From contig OX597818.1 in NCBI GenBank assembly GCA_951406725.2, positions 124,620,001 through 124,684,000 on the forward strand: a stretch of DNA of 64,000 nt. Reading direction: 5' to 3'. Of this stretch, positions 1 to 13,631 are shown piece by piece. Position 1 is the first letter of the stretch. Every line of letters starts with the position of its first letter. The notes below the pieces were generated by a model that was not told the origin of the DNA, made no database searches, and was given only the letters and a program-made list of their open reading frames with translations. This DNA comes from Octopus vulgaris. Lineage: Eukaryota. Made by a program: the position numbers and the translations under genes.

Positions 1-840
1 TGTGTTTAGCCCCTTGTGGGTAGTAGAAATAGGTATTTCATCTGCCGTTACGTTCTGAGTTCAAATTCCGCCGAGGTCGACTTTGCCTTTCATCCTTTCG
101 GGGTCGATTAAGTAAGTACCAGTTACGCACTGGGGTCGATGTAATCGACTTAATACCTATGTCTGTCCTTGTTTGTCCCCTCTATGTTTAGCCCCTTGTG
201 GGTAATAAAGAAATAGATATTTATTAACCCCCTTCCCTCAAAATTACGTACCTTTTTCCTAAATTAGAAACTATTACTAAAAAGGCGGTGATCTGATAGA
301 ATCATTAGCTCAGGAAACAAAATGCTTCGTGGTATTAGTTCCAGCTTTGTATGTTCTGAGTTCAAATCCCACATAGGTCAACTCTGCCTTTCAACCTTTT
401 GGGGGTTGATAAAATAAAGTACCAGTAATAAGTACCTGCTATGTTCCCTACCTAAAAATTGCTGGCCTTATGCTTAAATTAAAAACAATTATTATTGTTG
501 TTGTTGCTGCTGTTGTTGTTGTTTCTGTTACTGTCATTATTTGATTTTAATTATTTTCCTATCTCATTTTGTATTTAGTAAAAGCAAAAAAAAAAAAAAA
601 AAAAAAATTAGTAAAAATTGAAAAAAATAATAATAGAATAAAAAACAGAAACAGAAACATGGTAAACAAAAATTAAAAAATAAAACATTTACAAAACCTT
701 TATTCATTTATTTATTTAACAGTAAAGGAAATAATGGAATAATTCAAATGAATTAAAGGCTATAATTATTTTGCTAGAGTTTTTCAAATTATTCTTGATG
801 AGTTTCCTGAATTAGATGGGAAAATAATAATAATAATAAT

Positions 841-884
<44 letters not shown>

Positions 885-923
885 TAATAATGATAATGAT
901 GATGATGATGATGATAATAATAG

Positions 924-973
<50 letters not shown>

Positions 974-1109
974 GTTTCAAATTTTATCACAAAGGCAGTC
1001 ATTTTGTAAGAGGGGATATGTTGATTTCATCAACCCCAGTGGTCGTGGTGGTGGTGGTGGGGGTTGCAGCGGCAGTGATGGAGGGGGTGGAGGGGGTCAT
1101 TATCATATT

Positions 1110-1608
1110 TGCTAGATTCCCTTGTTCGAAAATATAAGGATACAGATCGTGTCATATAGCTAGCTGGAGATGATGTCCCCTGGGGCTAAATTACTGCAAC
1201 ATTCGTCCTAAACCAGGACTACCATGTTATATTGGTAAACAATCTTTACTCCAAAGTACTGTTGCAGAATATCTCTTATTGTGAAACTTAAAAATTGTAA
1301 TTTTCTAATTTATAGTTCAGTGACTTGAAAACTATATATTTCAAATGGGAATTTGGCAGCGCCACTTCTAGCCGAACAATTATTCTGTGCTGATGAAGGG
1401 AAATAACCTGGAAATCATGGTACACAGATATAGTTTTGAGCTGAGTGGGAGTGCTAGATTCCTTTGTTCGAAAATATAAGGACACAGATCATGTCATATA
1501 GCCAGCTGGAGACGATGTCTCCTGGGGCTAAATTACAGCAACATTCGTCCTAAACCAGGACTGCCATGTTATATCTCGCATTGTGAGATTTAAAAAAGTA
1601 ATTTTCTA
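1110..1608 (+). mobile_element. Retrozyme-like tandem unit (342-nt period, about 1.5 copies)
   Basis: 1111-1308 is repeated at 1453-1608 (second copy with a ~39-nt deletion), with the hammerhead between them. Confidence 0.6.
1384..1428 (+). ncRNA. Minimal type I hammerhead ribozyme motif
   Basis: TCTGTG-CTGATGA-AGG gaaataa CCT g-GAAA-TCATGG-TA-CACAGA. 6-bp stem I, intact core, near-palindromic stem III, GUA cleavage triplet. Confidence 0.7.
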
Positions 1609-1736
1609 AAACAAGATATATCAAAATTAATAATCAAGATCAGAGAAATTCCCAATTCTGATGATGTTTCCATTTCAGATTCTTCACTTTGATGATTATA
1701 GCACATCTCCATTTCTTCTGTTTCTGTTCAAAGCCA

Positions 1737-2124
1737 GGTGGAGGCGCAATGGCCCAGTGGTTAGGGCAGCGGACTCGCAGTCGTAGGATCGCGGTTTCGA
1801 TTCCCAGACCGGGCGTTGTGAGTGTTTATTGAGTGAAAGCACCTAGAGCTCCACGAGTCTCTGGCAGGGGATGGTGGTGGTCCCTGCTGTACTCTTTCAC
1901 CACAACTTTCTCTCACTCTTACTTCCTGTTTCTGTTGTATCTGTATTTCAAGGGGCCGGCCTTGTCACTCTCTGTGTCACGCTGAATATTCCCGAGAGCT
2001 ACGTTAAGGGTACACGTGTCTGTGGAGTGCTCAGCCACTTACACGTTAATTTCACGAGCAGGCTGTTCCGTTGATTCGGATCAACCGGAACCCTCGTCGT
2101 CGTAACCGACGGAGTGCTTCCTTA
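1737..2124 (+). mobile_element. tRNA-derived SINE family 1, full length
   Basis: A box TGGCCCAGTGG, B box GGTTTCGATTCC; TSD TGTTCAAAGCCA (1725-1736 / 2125-2136). Confidence 0.92.
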
Positions 2125-2892
2125 TGTTCAAAGCCAATGAGTTTTGAATCTTCCATCAGTTGGAGCTCTTGGTTCAAGGCAGGCCTTGAAGCTCCACATT
2201 TAGTGGATCATTAAGATATAGTACAGTATTTCGTCTGCCGTTACATTCTGAGTTCAAATTCCGCCGAGGTCGACTTTACCTTTCATCCTTTCGGGGTCGA
2301 TAAATTAAGTACCAGTTACGTACTGGGTCGATATAATCGAATTAATCCGTCAGTCCTTGTTTGTCCCCTCTGTGTTTAGCCCCTGGTGGGTATTAAAAAA
2401 AAAAAAAAAAAAAAAAAGATATAGTACAGTTAAAAGTTACTCATTACATTTTACCAACAGTCTGTCTTTTTTTGTTGTCTTTGTGTTCAGATGTCATCTC
2501 TTTCCTAATCAATATCTCATCCAAAAAATTTGCATGCATTTGGTGTATCTTACAACAGCTCACTGTTGGCCTTACAAAGTTCTATGAACTTTATTTTAGT
2601 CAAGGAGGAGATAGGCCCCCCACTTCACAGGAGATAAGCTCCCCTTCACAGAAGATGAACTCCTCTTTATGAGAGTCAGGTTGCCCTTCACAAGATATAG
2701 GTTCCTCATCACACTTCATATTTGTCCTTTAAATCTATTTCCTTGGACCATTTTTTTCTCTTTATTGTATCAATTTTCTATCTCCCTCTTAGGTATTCAG
2801 GAACCTATTGAGCTTCATCAGGCTCATTCCTTACAACTGAATGGAAAGGTACTGCTGGAAGAAGGGAGGAGCTTTATGCTTTTGTTGTTGCT

Positions 2893-3333
2893 GCTATTAA
2901 CTATTCTCTCACTAAGCGGAAAGTGTAACCTCTCGAAAGAGCTGTTCTTCACTCCTGCTCCAGAGTGTTGGCTGCGGGGTCACTCCGAAAAGCTCTATCT
3001 GCAATGATTTCATCTCAATCGAAGGAGAGGGGCTTTCTCTGTCCGGGACCTGGTGCAGCTCTCTGACTTGCCAGTTCCTGTAAAACCGTCCACTCCATAC
3101 CAGCTATTAACTATTCTCTCACTAAGCGGAAAGTGTAACCTCTCGAAAGAGCTGTTCTTCACTCCTGCTCCAGAGCGTCGGCTGCGGAGGTCACTCTGAA
3201 AAGCTCTATCTGCGATGATTTCATCTCAATCGAAGGAGAGGAGCTTTCTCTGTCCGGGACCTGGTGCAGCTCTCTGGCATGCCAGTTCCTGTAAAACCGT
3301 CCACCCCATACCAGCATGGAAAACAGATGTTAA

Positions 3334-3368
<35 letters not shown>

Positions 3369-3605
3369 AGTGAAAGGATGGTGAAATACTGGATATAGAG
3401 TTTGTGAGGCCTTAAACTAATAAGCTGCCGGACGAGATAGTGAAGATGCCGACGACCGCTCGGTTCAAAGTCTCTCTTGACCAGAAATGGCCTGAACTCT
3501 TTGCATGAACACCACCCTGTACATAACTCCATGTCCCCCTACATGACCTTGCTTTTTGCTTTTTGAGCCAAAAAATTAACTTAACTAACTTAACTTAACT
3601 TAACT
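2893..3605 (+). mobile_element. CR1-type LINE 3' end, rearranged
   Basis: RGHSEKLYL..FHLNRRRGAFSVR...NKLPDEIVKMPTTARFKVSLD (CR1 ORF2 C-terminus); (AACTT)n tail. Contains a 210-bp duplication and a templated insertion. Confidence 0.8.
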
Positions 3606-4398
3606 CTCTCTATCACTTTCACACTTTCACCAGCAATTGTGATTAGGGAAGAGGTTGTTTGGCTTCTTGGTTAATTCCTGGTAATGAGATTGAGGTGATC
3701 TAGTGTGACATCTTCAAGGCTGCACTCAAAGCTGCATTTGGAGTCACTGCATCTGTGATTTACAACTGCTGTTGCAGTTTTTACTCTTTGAAAAATTACA
3801 GAAAGTCCTTAAATGATTTACACTTCTGCATGTGTAGCAGTTTGTCTTTTTGCCTTAAATAATCAGTGTTAAACCCTTTCTCTTGGAACTCTCTATAGCA
3901 CAAGACTCTTAGACTGTTTTGAGACTAATTTCCATGGGAAATTTTAGGAAACTGTTCAAGTAACATAACCTTAAAGAAATTGTAGCTGCACCACTAAGAG
4001 GAAACAACTTATATCCCATAAACCAACCGAAACTATTGGCATTAGATACTTACAGAGAAACAACAGTACATGACTGCTGAATGGATCGTGCAATATGAAA
4101 CCATTAGGAGTTAAATCAACTGACTCAAACTCAGAATTTCGTTGGAAAATTACAGGTGAGTAGTTGATTTCAGGAAACTCAGTACCTGAATCTGAAATGA
4201 TGAAAGGCAAAGTTGATCTCACTGGGATTTGAACTAAGAATGTAATACACATGAAGAAATACTGCTCTAATGATTCAACCAACCCAAATATTATTAACTA
4301 TACACCCACCTCAGGAATAGAATAATAAAGTGAAGAACTTAATGTAACATGATACAAAATAAATTATAAAATAACTAGTGAGATATATATATATATAT

Positions 4399-4594
4399 GA
4401 TGCCATGATAGATCGTTAGCTCCTACACGCATTTTTTTCTCTCCTTGTTTTTTTCTGTGTATCTTTCTGTCAAAGAGCGTAGGCTCGAAATGTAAAAGAC
4501 TTGTTCTATTTCTATTCCTGAGCACCATACTAATACATTTGTTTGTTTGTACTCCACCTGCCTTCGTCTTTTGTTTATTTTCGTAAACCTTCCC

Positions 4595-4598
<4 letters not shown>
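4399..4598 (+). mobile_element. Penelope-terminus-like small element with degenerate type I hammerhead, inside (TA)n
   Basis: TCTTT-CTGTCAA-A-GAGC gtag GCTC-GAAA-TG-TA-AAAGA at 4462-4499, with TA repeats on both sides. Confidence 0.55.
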
Positions 4599-4640
<42 letters not shown>

Positions 4641-7452
4641 TATATATATATATATCTAAAACCATGCTCATGTGTATTCAAATTTGTGCAGAAATATCAT
4701 ATAGATGTGTGAGAGTGTGTGTACATGTGTGTGTGTGTATGTGTGTGTATATAAATATATATCCATACATATATAACATATAGGCATTTGTTTGTATGTA
4801 TGTGTGCGTGTATGTGTGTATGTGTATGTGCGTGCGTGCGTGCATGCATGTGTGTGTATCTGCATGCGAGTGTGTGTGTTTATGTGTACATGTCAATGAC
4901 CAGACAAACTGGCAAGCATGTGCATGCACATGCATACATGCATGCACGCAGGTGAATAGAAAGAAACTGTATTAGTGTCACAATGAATTGAATCCGATGA
5001 ACTGTAATAAAACATATACACCCACTATCCATTATTTATTCAGTTGGCAGAATGATAAAATAAACACAACAGTAACAGCAACAAAATCATCATCAACAAT
5101 AACAAAATCAATATTAATTACAATTACAAACAACAAGAATATAGTAATAAATATCATCACCATCATCATCATCACCATTTCACATCCGTTTTCCATGCTG
5201 GCTTGAGTCGGAGGGTTGAACAGGAACTGTTGAGCCAATGAACTGAACCAAGCTCTGCTGTCTACATTAGTATGGTTTCTACAGCTGCATACCTCTCCTA
5301 TTGCCAACCACTTTACTGTGTGTACTGGGTGCTTTTTATGTAGCACCAGCACCAGTGACATCACCAAGCATCTTGCAAGAGAAAGGTCCTGCTCTGTTAA
5401 GTTGGGTAGGGTTTTGAATGAGGTGGCTTTGTGCCAGGGGATGAGAAGTTAAAATATGATAGAGATGATGCATATGATTAGTGGGAAAATTTTCCCTCTG
5501 AAGGTGTTTAAAATCAGAAACAACACTCAAGGAATTAGATCTGGTCTTTAAAACCAACTAGTGAATATAATGAACATGTTTTGGTTCTAGCAGACCATTT
5601 TGCTGAAGCACAATAGTAGTGATAGTCCAGTGTCTGTCTACTAAATCCACTCACAAGGCTTTGGTCAGATTGAGGCTGTAATAGAAAATATTTATCCAAG
5701 ATGCCACACAGTAGGACTGAACCCAGAAACATGTGGTTGAGAAGCAAACTTTTTACCATGTAGCCAAGCATGTGTCTATGATAAATATAATGAAAATTTT
5801 GCATAACTTTGTTATGAACTGTCAATGAGGAATAAATTAACAAAAGTTTGATGGAAGGCTTTAATTTACATGAGTTTAAAACAGGAAGTTTATATCAAGG
5901 GACCAGTAGTGGTTTCTGGTGAAGTGGTATGAAAAGGGGTAACTGAACTAATATAAGAATAAAGGACTGGTATTGAAGATTAGGAAGATACCAACCTGCT
6001 TTTGTGGTTCCCTTGCCAAGGTTGGCCCTAATAAAGCATTCATCATAGAAATACACCAGAATTGTATGTATATTGATAGGAGATATTTCAGGAACCTTAC
6101 AAAATTAATAGAGTAAGATACAATAGGATTACTATAGAATTATGAGAACATTGATTGAACTAGACATTATAAAAATGCTGTAGAATAATAAAACATTGAT
6201 GAAGTTAGACATCAAGGAAATATGACCTCTCTGGAAAAAAAAAACTTTTATTCACTCATTGATAAGTTCCACCTGTTTATTCAACACTCTAAAAGAACTG
6301 CATTCTGTGAAAATAATCGTTATTCTTTCATGAAATTCTTCAAAAGTCATACTTGAGCATCTTATGAAACAATCTGACCTTTTGAAATGTCATCCAATAC
6401 TAAAAATTCTGATGGTTACAGACAAGGAAAAAATTTGAATTCAATCCATTAGATTTGGGAAAAGAAAGATTGAAATAATGTTTCATATATTTTTATAATA
6501 TATAAACAGCTTTCCGATTATTCCGGATGTACATAAAGAGTTCTGTCATTTTAATTGTAGTTATTGGGATTCTTTAAGATAGAGATTAGACAAAACAATT
6601 TATGCCCCTCACTTGCAATGTTTCATACATTTTTATTATACATAAATGGCTTTTTGATTATTCCGGATGTATTGAAAGAGCTCCGTCCTGTTTGGTTGTA
6701 GTTAATGGGATTTTTTAAGACAGAGATAAGACAGGATAATTTGCACTTTCACTTGCAATGTCTTCTTGTATATTTCTTTGATTTTGGCAGAAATATTTTT
6801 TTTACTTAGAAAATGTCTACTACAATTTCTTTTTCATTTAATTAGATGAGAAGAAAGAATGCCTATAACTTTTAGAATTCCTATCCAAACCCTCAGATTG
6901 AACTTCTGTTGGTTGGAATAATTTCAAAGGGTCCAACAATGCTGTACCAGAAATATTTAGGGAAACAGGTTTTGTTTAATGGAATACTATGAGTATTGAA
7001 TTTCGAGTTTGTGAGGCCCTAAGTTTAGTTTTAAGTTTAAAGTGGACTCAAGACACTGAGCCTTACGAAGAAAATGACTAGTGACTGAGATATCAGGTGC
7101 ACTGCTGTACTCAAGAAGACCCATCTTCCACAGCAGAATTGATACTGGTGTTGGTGCCACATAAAAAGCACTCATGCTGGTGCCATACTAAAAGTACTAA
7201 CGCTGGTGCTACATAAAAAAGCACCCCTTTACATTATGTGGAGTGGTTAGCATTAGGAAGGGCATCCAGCCATAAAAATCATGCCAAAGAAGACAAAGGG
7301 ACCTGGTGCAGCTCTCTGGCTTGCCAGTTCCTGTAAAGCTGTCCACCCCATACCAGCATGGAAAACAGATGTTAAATGATGATGATGATGATGATAGTGA
7401 AAGGATGGTGAAATACTGGATATAGAGTTTGTGAGGCCCTAAACTAATATAA

Positions 7453-7836
7453 GTGGAGGCGCAATGGCCCAGTGGTTAGGCAGCGGACTCGCGGTCATAG
7501 GATCGCGGTTTCGATTCCCAGACCGGGCGTTGTGAGTGTTTATTGAGCGAAAACACCTAAAGCTCCACGAGGCTCTGGCAGGGGATGGTGGGGATCCCTG
7601 CTGTACTCTTTCACCACAACTTTCTCTCCCTCTTACTTCCTGTTTCTGTCGTACCTGTATTTCAAAGGGCCAGCCTTGTCACTCTGTGTCACGCTGAATA
7701 TCCCCGAGAACTACGTTAAGGGTACACGTGTCTGTGGAGTGCTCAGCCACTTACACGTTAATTTCATGAGCAGGCTGTTCCGTTGATTCGGATCAACCGG
7801 AACCCTCATAGTCGTAACCGACGGAGTGCTTCCACC
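7453..7836 (+). mobile_element. tRNA-derived SINE family 1
   Basis: Near-identical to 1737-2124; TSD AAACTAATATAA. Confidence 0.92.
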
Positions 7837-8076
7837 AAACTAATATAAAGCCTGAAGGCATCTTATTAAAAAATGACACCACAAAGTTTGCATTTTTTCA
7901 CACACACACACACCTTGCAAGCATGCCCATCCCTAAGCTAATATTTTCAGGACTAATGGAGGAAGGGAAAAATGTAACCTTTTAGCATTCAGATTACTCA
8001 GTCAAATGCAATATTTATTTATTTCCATTGTTTCAAATTAATCATGCATTATCTTATAGCCTCAAGATTTTCATAG

Positions 8077-10597
8077 TCATCATCATCATCATCGTTTAAC
8101 ATCCGTTCTCCATGCTAGCATAGGTTGGATGGTTCAACCGGGGATCAGGGAAGCCAGAAGGCTGCACTAGGCTCCAGTCTGATCTGGCAGTGTTTCTACA
8201 GCTGGATGCCCTCATTAACGCCGACCACTCCATGAGTGTAGTGGGTGCTTTTTACATGCCACCGGCACAGTTGCCAGGCTAGGCTGGCAATGGCCATGAT
8301 CAGATTGGTGCTTTTTACATGCCACCGGCACAGAAGCCAGTCAAGGCAGCATTGGCATCGGCCACGTTCGGATGGTGCTTTTTATGTGCCACCGGCCCAG
8401 GGATCACAACTACAGTTTCCATTGATTTTTGATGTTGGTGTACTTGACTCAATAGGTCTCCTCAAGCACAGGGTTGAAATTGTGTTTCTTTACTTGCCAC
8501 CTGCACAGGAGTCAGTCCAGCAGCACTGGCAACTGTCGGGTGCCAGTCATAGGATTGGTACAATTTCGATTCCGATTTCACTTGCCCCAACAGGTCTTCA
8601 CAAGCAGAGTTTAGTGTCCAATAAAGGGAGGTTGGCATGGGTGCCAGTCGTCGGATGAGGTTCAATTTCGACTTCACTTGCCTCAACAGGTCTTCACATG
8701 CCCAAGGAAGGAAAGGCATGCATAAGTGGGCTGGCTACATCCCTGGCAAGGGACACGGAATGGACTCACTTGTCCTGCCGGGTCTTCTCATGCACAGCAT
8801 ATTTCCAAAGGTATTGGTCACTAGTCATTGCTTCGGTGAGGCCTAAAGTTCGAAGGTCGTGCTTCACCACCTCATCCCAGGTTTTCCTGGGTCTACCTCT
8901 TCCACAGGTTGCCTCAATCATTAGGAATTGGCACTTTTTCACACACCTATCTTCATCCATTCTCACCACATGACCATACCAGTGCAATCGTCTCTCTTGC
9001 ACACCACAGCTGATGCTTCTTAGGTTCAACTTTTCTCTCAAGGTACTTACACTCTGTCGAGTATGAACACTGACATTACACATCCATCGGAGCATACTGG
9101 CTTCATACCTCGTGAGCTTATGCATGTCCTCAGTAGTCACAGCCCATGTTTCACTGCCATGTAGCATGGCTGTTCGTACACATACGTCATACAGTCTGCC
9201 TTTTACTCTGAGCGAGAGGCCTTTAGTCATCAGCAGAGGTAAGAGCTCCTTGAACTTTGCCCAGGCTATTCTTACACTAGCAGTTACACTTTCAGCACAC
9301 CCACCCCTGCTACTGACTTGGTCACCTAGGTAACAGAAGCTATCAACTACTTCTAGTTTTTTCCCCTGGAAAGTGACGGAAGTTGGTCTCAGAGCATTTT
9401 CAGTGTTTATTGCTCCTGAGCATCTGCCACATACAAAACTATCTTCCCAGTTAGCCTTCCTTTGACATTGCTGCACCTTTTATGTGTCCATAGCTTACAC
9501 TGGGTACATCTTATAGAGTTTCTACCTACGCCTTTTCTACAGATTGAGCAGGGCCATCTACCTGAAGGCGTTTGTGGTTTGTCTACCTTCCTACTTCTAA
9601 GGACTTTGGTTTTAGCTAGGTTGACTCTAAGGCCCTTCGATTCTAATCCTTGCTTTCACACCTGAAACTTCTCCTCCAGTTCTGATAGTGAGTCAGCAAT
9701 TAGAGCAAGGTCGTCAACATAGAGGAGCTCCCAGGGGCATCCTGTCTTGAATTCCTCCGTAATTGCCTGGAGGACTATGATAAATAGGAGGGGGCTGAGA
9801 ACTGAACCCTGGTGGACCCCAACCTCCACCTTGAATTCTTCAGTGAACACGTTGCCAACCCTTACCTTACTTACAGCATCCCTGTACATGGCTTGCACAG
9901 CTCTCACTAACCATTCATCTATCCCTAGTTTCCTCATTGACCACCAGATAAGGGATCGGAGACCCTGTCGAAGGCTTTCTCCATGTCAACGAAAGCCAGG
10001 TACAGGGGCTTATCTTTGGCTAGGTATTTCTCCTGCAGCTGTCTCACCAGAAATCTGGCATCAGTGGTGCTTTTCCCTGGCATGAAACCAAACTGCATCT
10101 CATCCAAGTTGACTCTCTCCCTAATCAGTTGGGCTATGACCCTCTCCGTAACCTTCATTACCTGATCCAACAGCTTGAAACCTCTGTAATTATTTGTATT
10201 TAGGGCATCACCTTTACCTTTGTAGCAGTTGACTATTATGCTGCCTCACCAGCCATTGGGTAATACTCCTTCGTGTCTCACCTGGTTAACTATCCGGGTG
10301 ACTAGGCTATAGCCGACACTGCCAGATATTTTGAGCATCTCTGCAGTAATTCCTGATGGGCTGGGGGCTTTCCCTGTCTTCATGCTTCTAATTGCCTTAA
10401 CTACCACGGAACTATCAACTCGGATAGCTGGTCCCTCTGTTGGATCAACATTCGGCAGACTCTCTTTATCCCATTCATTTTCTTTATTCAGCAACCTTTC
10501 ATAGTGGCATCTCCAAACCTCTCTCTTTGCATCCTCATTTAGTGCAAGTGAACCATCATCCATGCAAACACATTTCTCTCCTACCACATCACAATTC
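8077..10597 (-). mobile_element. 5'-truncated RTE-clade LINE, ORF broken by frameshifts
   Basis: RT peptides GKAPSPSGITAEMLK, QFGFMPGKSTTDA, VHQGSVLSPLLF, YVDDL, LHGSETW, GRGRPRKTW; (GAT)n tail at the left end. Inserted in a piggyBac-type MITE. Confidence 0.93.
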
Positions 10598-10824
10598 TTG
10601 GTGAAATTATTTATGGTGTAATTATTTATTTTTAGAATGACATTGTAGGGTAGGTGTGAAAGATCAGGTCTGGTCAATTTTGAGATAAAACAGACTGGAT
10701 TTTGGCTGGTTTGAATGCTAAAGAGATAATCCTCAAACTAGAGACCTGGTGAAAGATTTTAGTTTAGATTATTTCAAACAGGAATTTTGTGTCATAGTAT
10801 CAGGGGCAATCTTAGGTAAGTTGT

Positions 10825-11290
10825 TATCTTCTTCTTTCTTTATGCCTTTGACCCTCCAACGTGGAGTGTAGGCCACTTAAAGTTGAATTCCATGTCACAT
10901 AATTTTTGGCTTCTGTACTTATATTCTGCCATGAATGTCCTCCTTTCTCTAGTTCATCTCTGCCACGAGTTCTTAGGCCTACCTCTCCTTCTATATCCAA
11001 CCGGTTTCCACTTTAAAGCCCTTTTCGCTACATTTGGTGTGTCTTTTCTAATTGTGCTACCAATCCACTTCCATTTTTACTTAAATATTTGCTCCCTAAT
11101 TGAAACTTCATTTGTTCTTTGCCATAGCTCCATATAGCTTATGTGTTCGGGCCATCTAATTTTAAGTATACTACGCAAACATCTGTTGATGAATGATTGT
11201 ATTTGCTTATTTGACTTAACTGCTGTTCGCCATGTCTCAGCCCCTTACAATAACACCGCTTTTACGTTAGTGTTAAAAATTCTTATTTTT
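10825..11290 (-). mobile_element. 3' fragment of a second RTE-clade LINE family
   Basis: Minus-strand peptide VLL*GAETWR...CLRSILKIRWPEHIS...WKWIG...RRRGRPKNSW; AAG-rich tail. Confidence 0.8.
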
Positions 11291-12689
11291 ATCATAGTTG
11301 TTATCATAGTGGTTAATAACATGGCTCCTCCAAAATATAGCAATACTGGTTTCAACAAAGGCCTCCAGATCAGAATTTTTGCAAAACAAATTCAAAAACG
11401 TATTGCTTATGGCCACTTTAATGTGACTGTCCTTTAAGATACTGCCATTTAACCCCAGGAGACATCTCCTCCAGTTGGTTTATTCAGTGCACTTCTTGCA
11501 CCTGATATTTATTACAAGCAAGAGATAACTGTTGCCAGCCTATCTTCAAGACCACCTGACCATATGGGTTCTATTTGTGCTGGATCTCCTCAGTGGTGGG
11601 TACTCATGGCCATAGTAGAAAATATTTTCCTTATGATCAATATGGTGGAATAAAACATAAAAGAGCGGAGTTGCTTGCAAAGCAAACTAATTAACAACAC
11701 CAACAACATGCTAATCAACTGTCCAGTCAAGCCCCAAAAGTCTGGTCTTATGTTAGAAATTATTATTACTATCATCATCATCATCATCATCCTTAGCATC
11801 ATCGTTATCATCATCATCATTGTCACCATCATCAGCAGCAACAGCAGGTATAGTAGTAGTAGTGGTGGTGGTGGTGGTGGTATGGTGATGGTGGTGGTGG
11901 CAGCCAGGCAAAATGCTTAGCGGTATTTCATCTGTCATTATGTTGTGAGTTCAAATTCCACCGAGGCTAACTTTGCCTTTCATCCTTTCAGGGTCGATAA
12001 ATTAAGTACCAGTTACGCACTGGGGTCGATATAATCGATTTAATACCTAAGTCTGTCCTTGTTTGTCCCCTCAGTGGTGCCGGTAGTGTTGGTGGTGGTG
12101 GTGGTGGTGATGGTGGTGGTGGTGATGGTGGCGGTGGTGGTGGTGGTGGTGGTGGTGATGGTGGTGGGGAGGGTCAGTGGTGCCCGGTAGTGTTGGTGGT
12201 TTTGGTGGTGGTGGTGGTGGTGGTAGTGGTGGTGATGGCAGTGGTGGCACTGGTGGTGGTGATGACAGAATACCAATATATCAAAGTAAAGTAGGTAGAT
12301 GCACATAACTGAAGGAGAAGGTTAAATAAATAGAAATAAACAAGCATTATTTATTTCTAGAACAGACTTTCCACTCATGATTTTGAAATTTAATTCACAA
12401 ACCACGAACCATGAAACAGTAATGGCTGATGGCTCTTTCTTCTAATACATGATTTACATGATCAGGTTAGCTTCTGATTTCAATGTGTGTGTGTGTGTGT
12501 GTGTGTGAGGGAATATGCTTATAGCATGTTTTGTATGTAGTGGGCGTGAGAGAGGAGGAAGAGGAGGAGGAGGAGGAAGGGGAGGAGGAGGAATAAAAAG
12601 AGAAGAAATAGTTTGATTGAGGAAAGAAGAGGGAACTAAGCAAAGAGAAGTGTGGAGAGCTGAGTAAGGAAAAGAGAGTGGATGATATA

Positions 12690-12693
12690 TCAT

Positions 12694-12741
<48 letters not shown>

Positions 12742-12782
12742 CAGGTATAGTAGTAGTAGTAGTAGTAGTGGTAGTAGTGGTG

Positions 12783-12814
<32 letters not shown>

Positions 12815-12821
12815 GGTGGTG

Positions 12822-12889
<68 letters not shown>

Positions 12890-12935
12890 GGTGGTGGTTG
12901 TGGTGGTGGTGGTGGTGGTGGCGGTTGCAGTGGTA
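12690..12935. repeat. Compound CAT/CAG/TAG/TGG trinucleotide array
   Basis: Direct inspection. Confidence 0.95.
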
Positions 12936-13315
12936 GCAGTTAGTGCTATCAGTGATAATTGGTGATGTGTTGAGTTAGTATGAGGTGGTGCTTGTGATGG
13001 CAAAGGTGACAGTGGAGATATATTAAAGATATGATGATGATGATGATGATGATGCTGATATGGCGATGATGGTGTGGTGATGGTGATGATAGTGGCAGCA
13101 GAAATACTGGGATGCAGTATGTGTATGTGTGTGAGAGAGAAATATAGAAATGTGTGTGTGTATATGTGTGGTAAGTAGCTTGCTAACCAACCATATATTT
13201 CCGGGTTCAGTCCCACTGCGTGACATCTTGGGCAAGTGTCTTCTGCTATAGCCCTGGGCCGACCAATGCCTTGTGAGTGGATTTGGTAGATGGAAACTGA
13301 AAGAAGCCTGTCGTA

Positions 13316-13374
<59 letters not shown>

Positions 13375-13568
13375 TTGTCCCCCTAGCATTGCTTGACAAC
13401 CGATGCCGGTGTGTTTACGTCCCCGTCACTTAGTGGTTCAGCAAAGGAGACCGATAGAATAAGTACTGGGCTTACAAAGAATAAGTCCCGGGGTCGATTT
13501 GCTGGATTAAAGGCAGTGCTCCAGCATGGCCGCAGTCAAATGACTGAAACAAGTAAAAGAGTAAAAGA

Positions 13569-13631
<63 letters not shown>

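Noticed and set aside
1110-1608. TRIM/LTR interpretation of the direct repeats
   Set aside because: No paired TG...CA ends, PBS, PPT or TSD seen; the internal hammerhead fits a tandem monomer better.
1740-1815. tRNA-like sequence (also 7455, 46429, 34079-, 39497)
   Set aside because: SINE heads: they continue into a shared body with TSDs and lack a complete cloverleaf.
12467-13399. 310-aa Thr/His-rich ORF
   Set aside because: Runs through a SINE and trinucleotide arrays.
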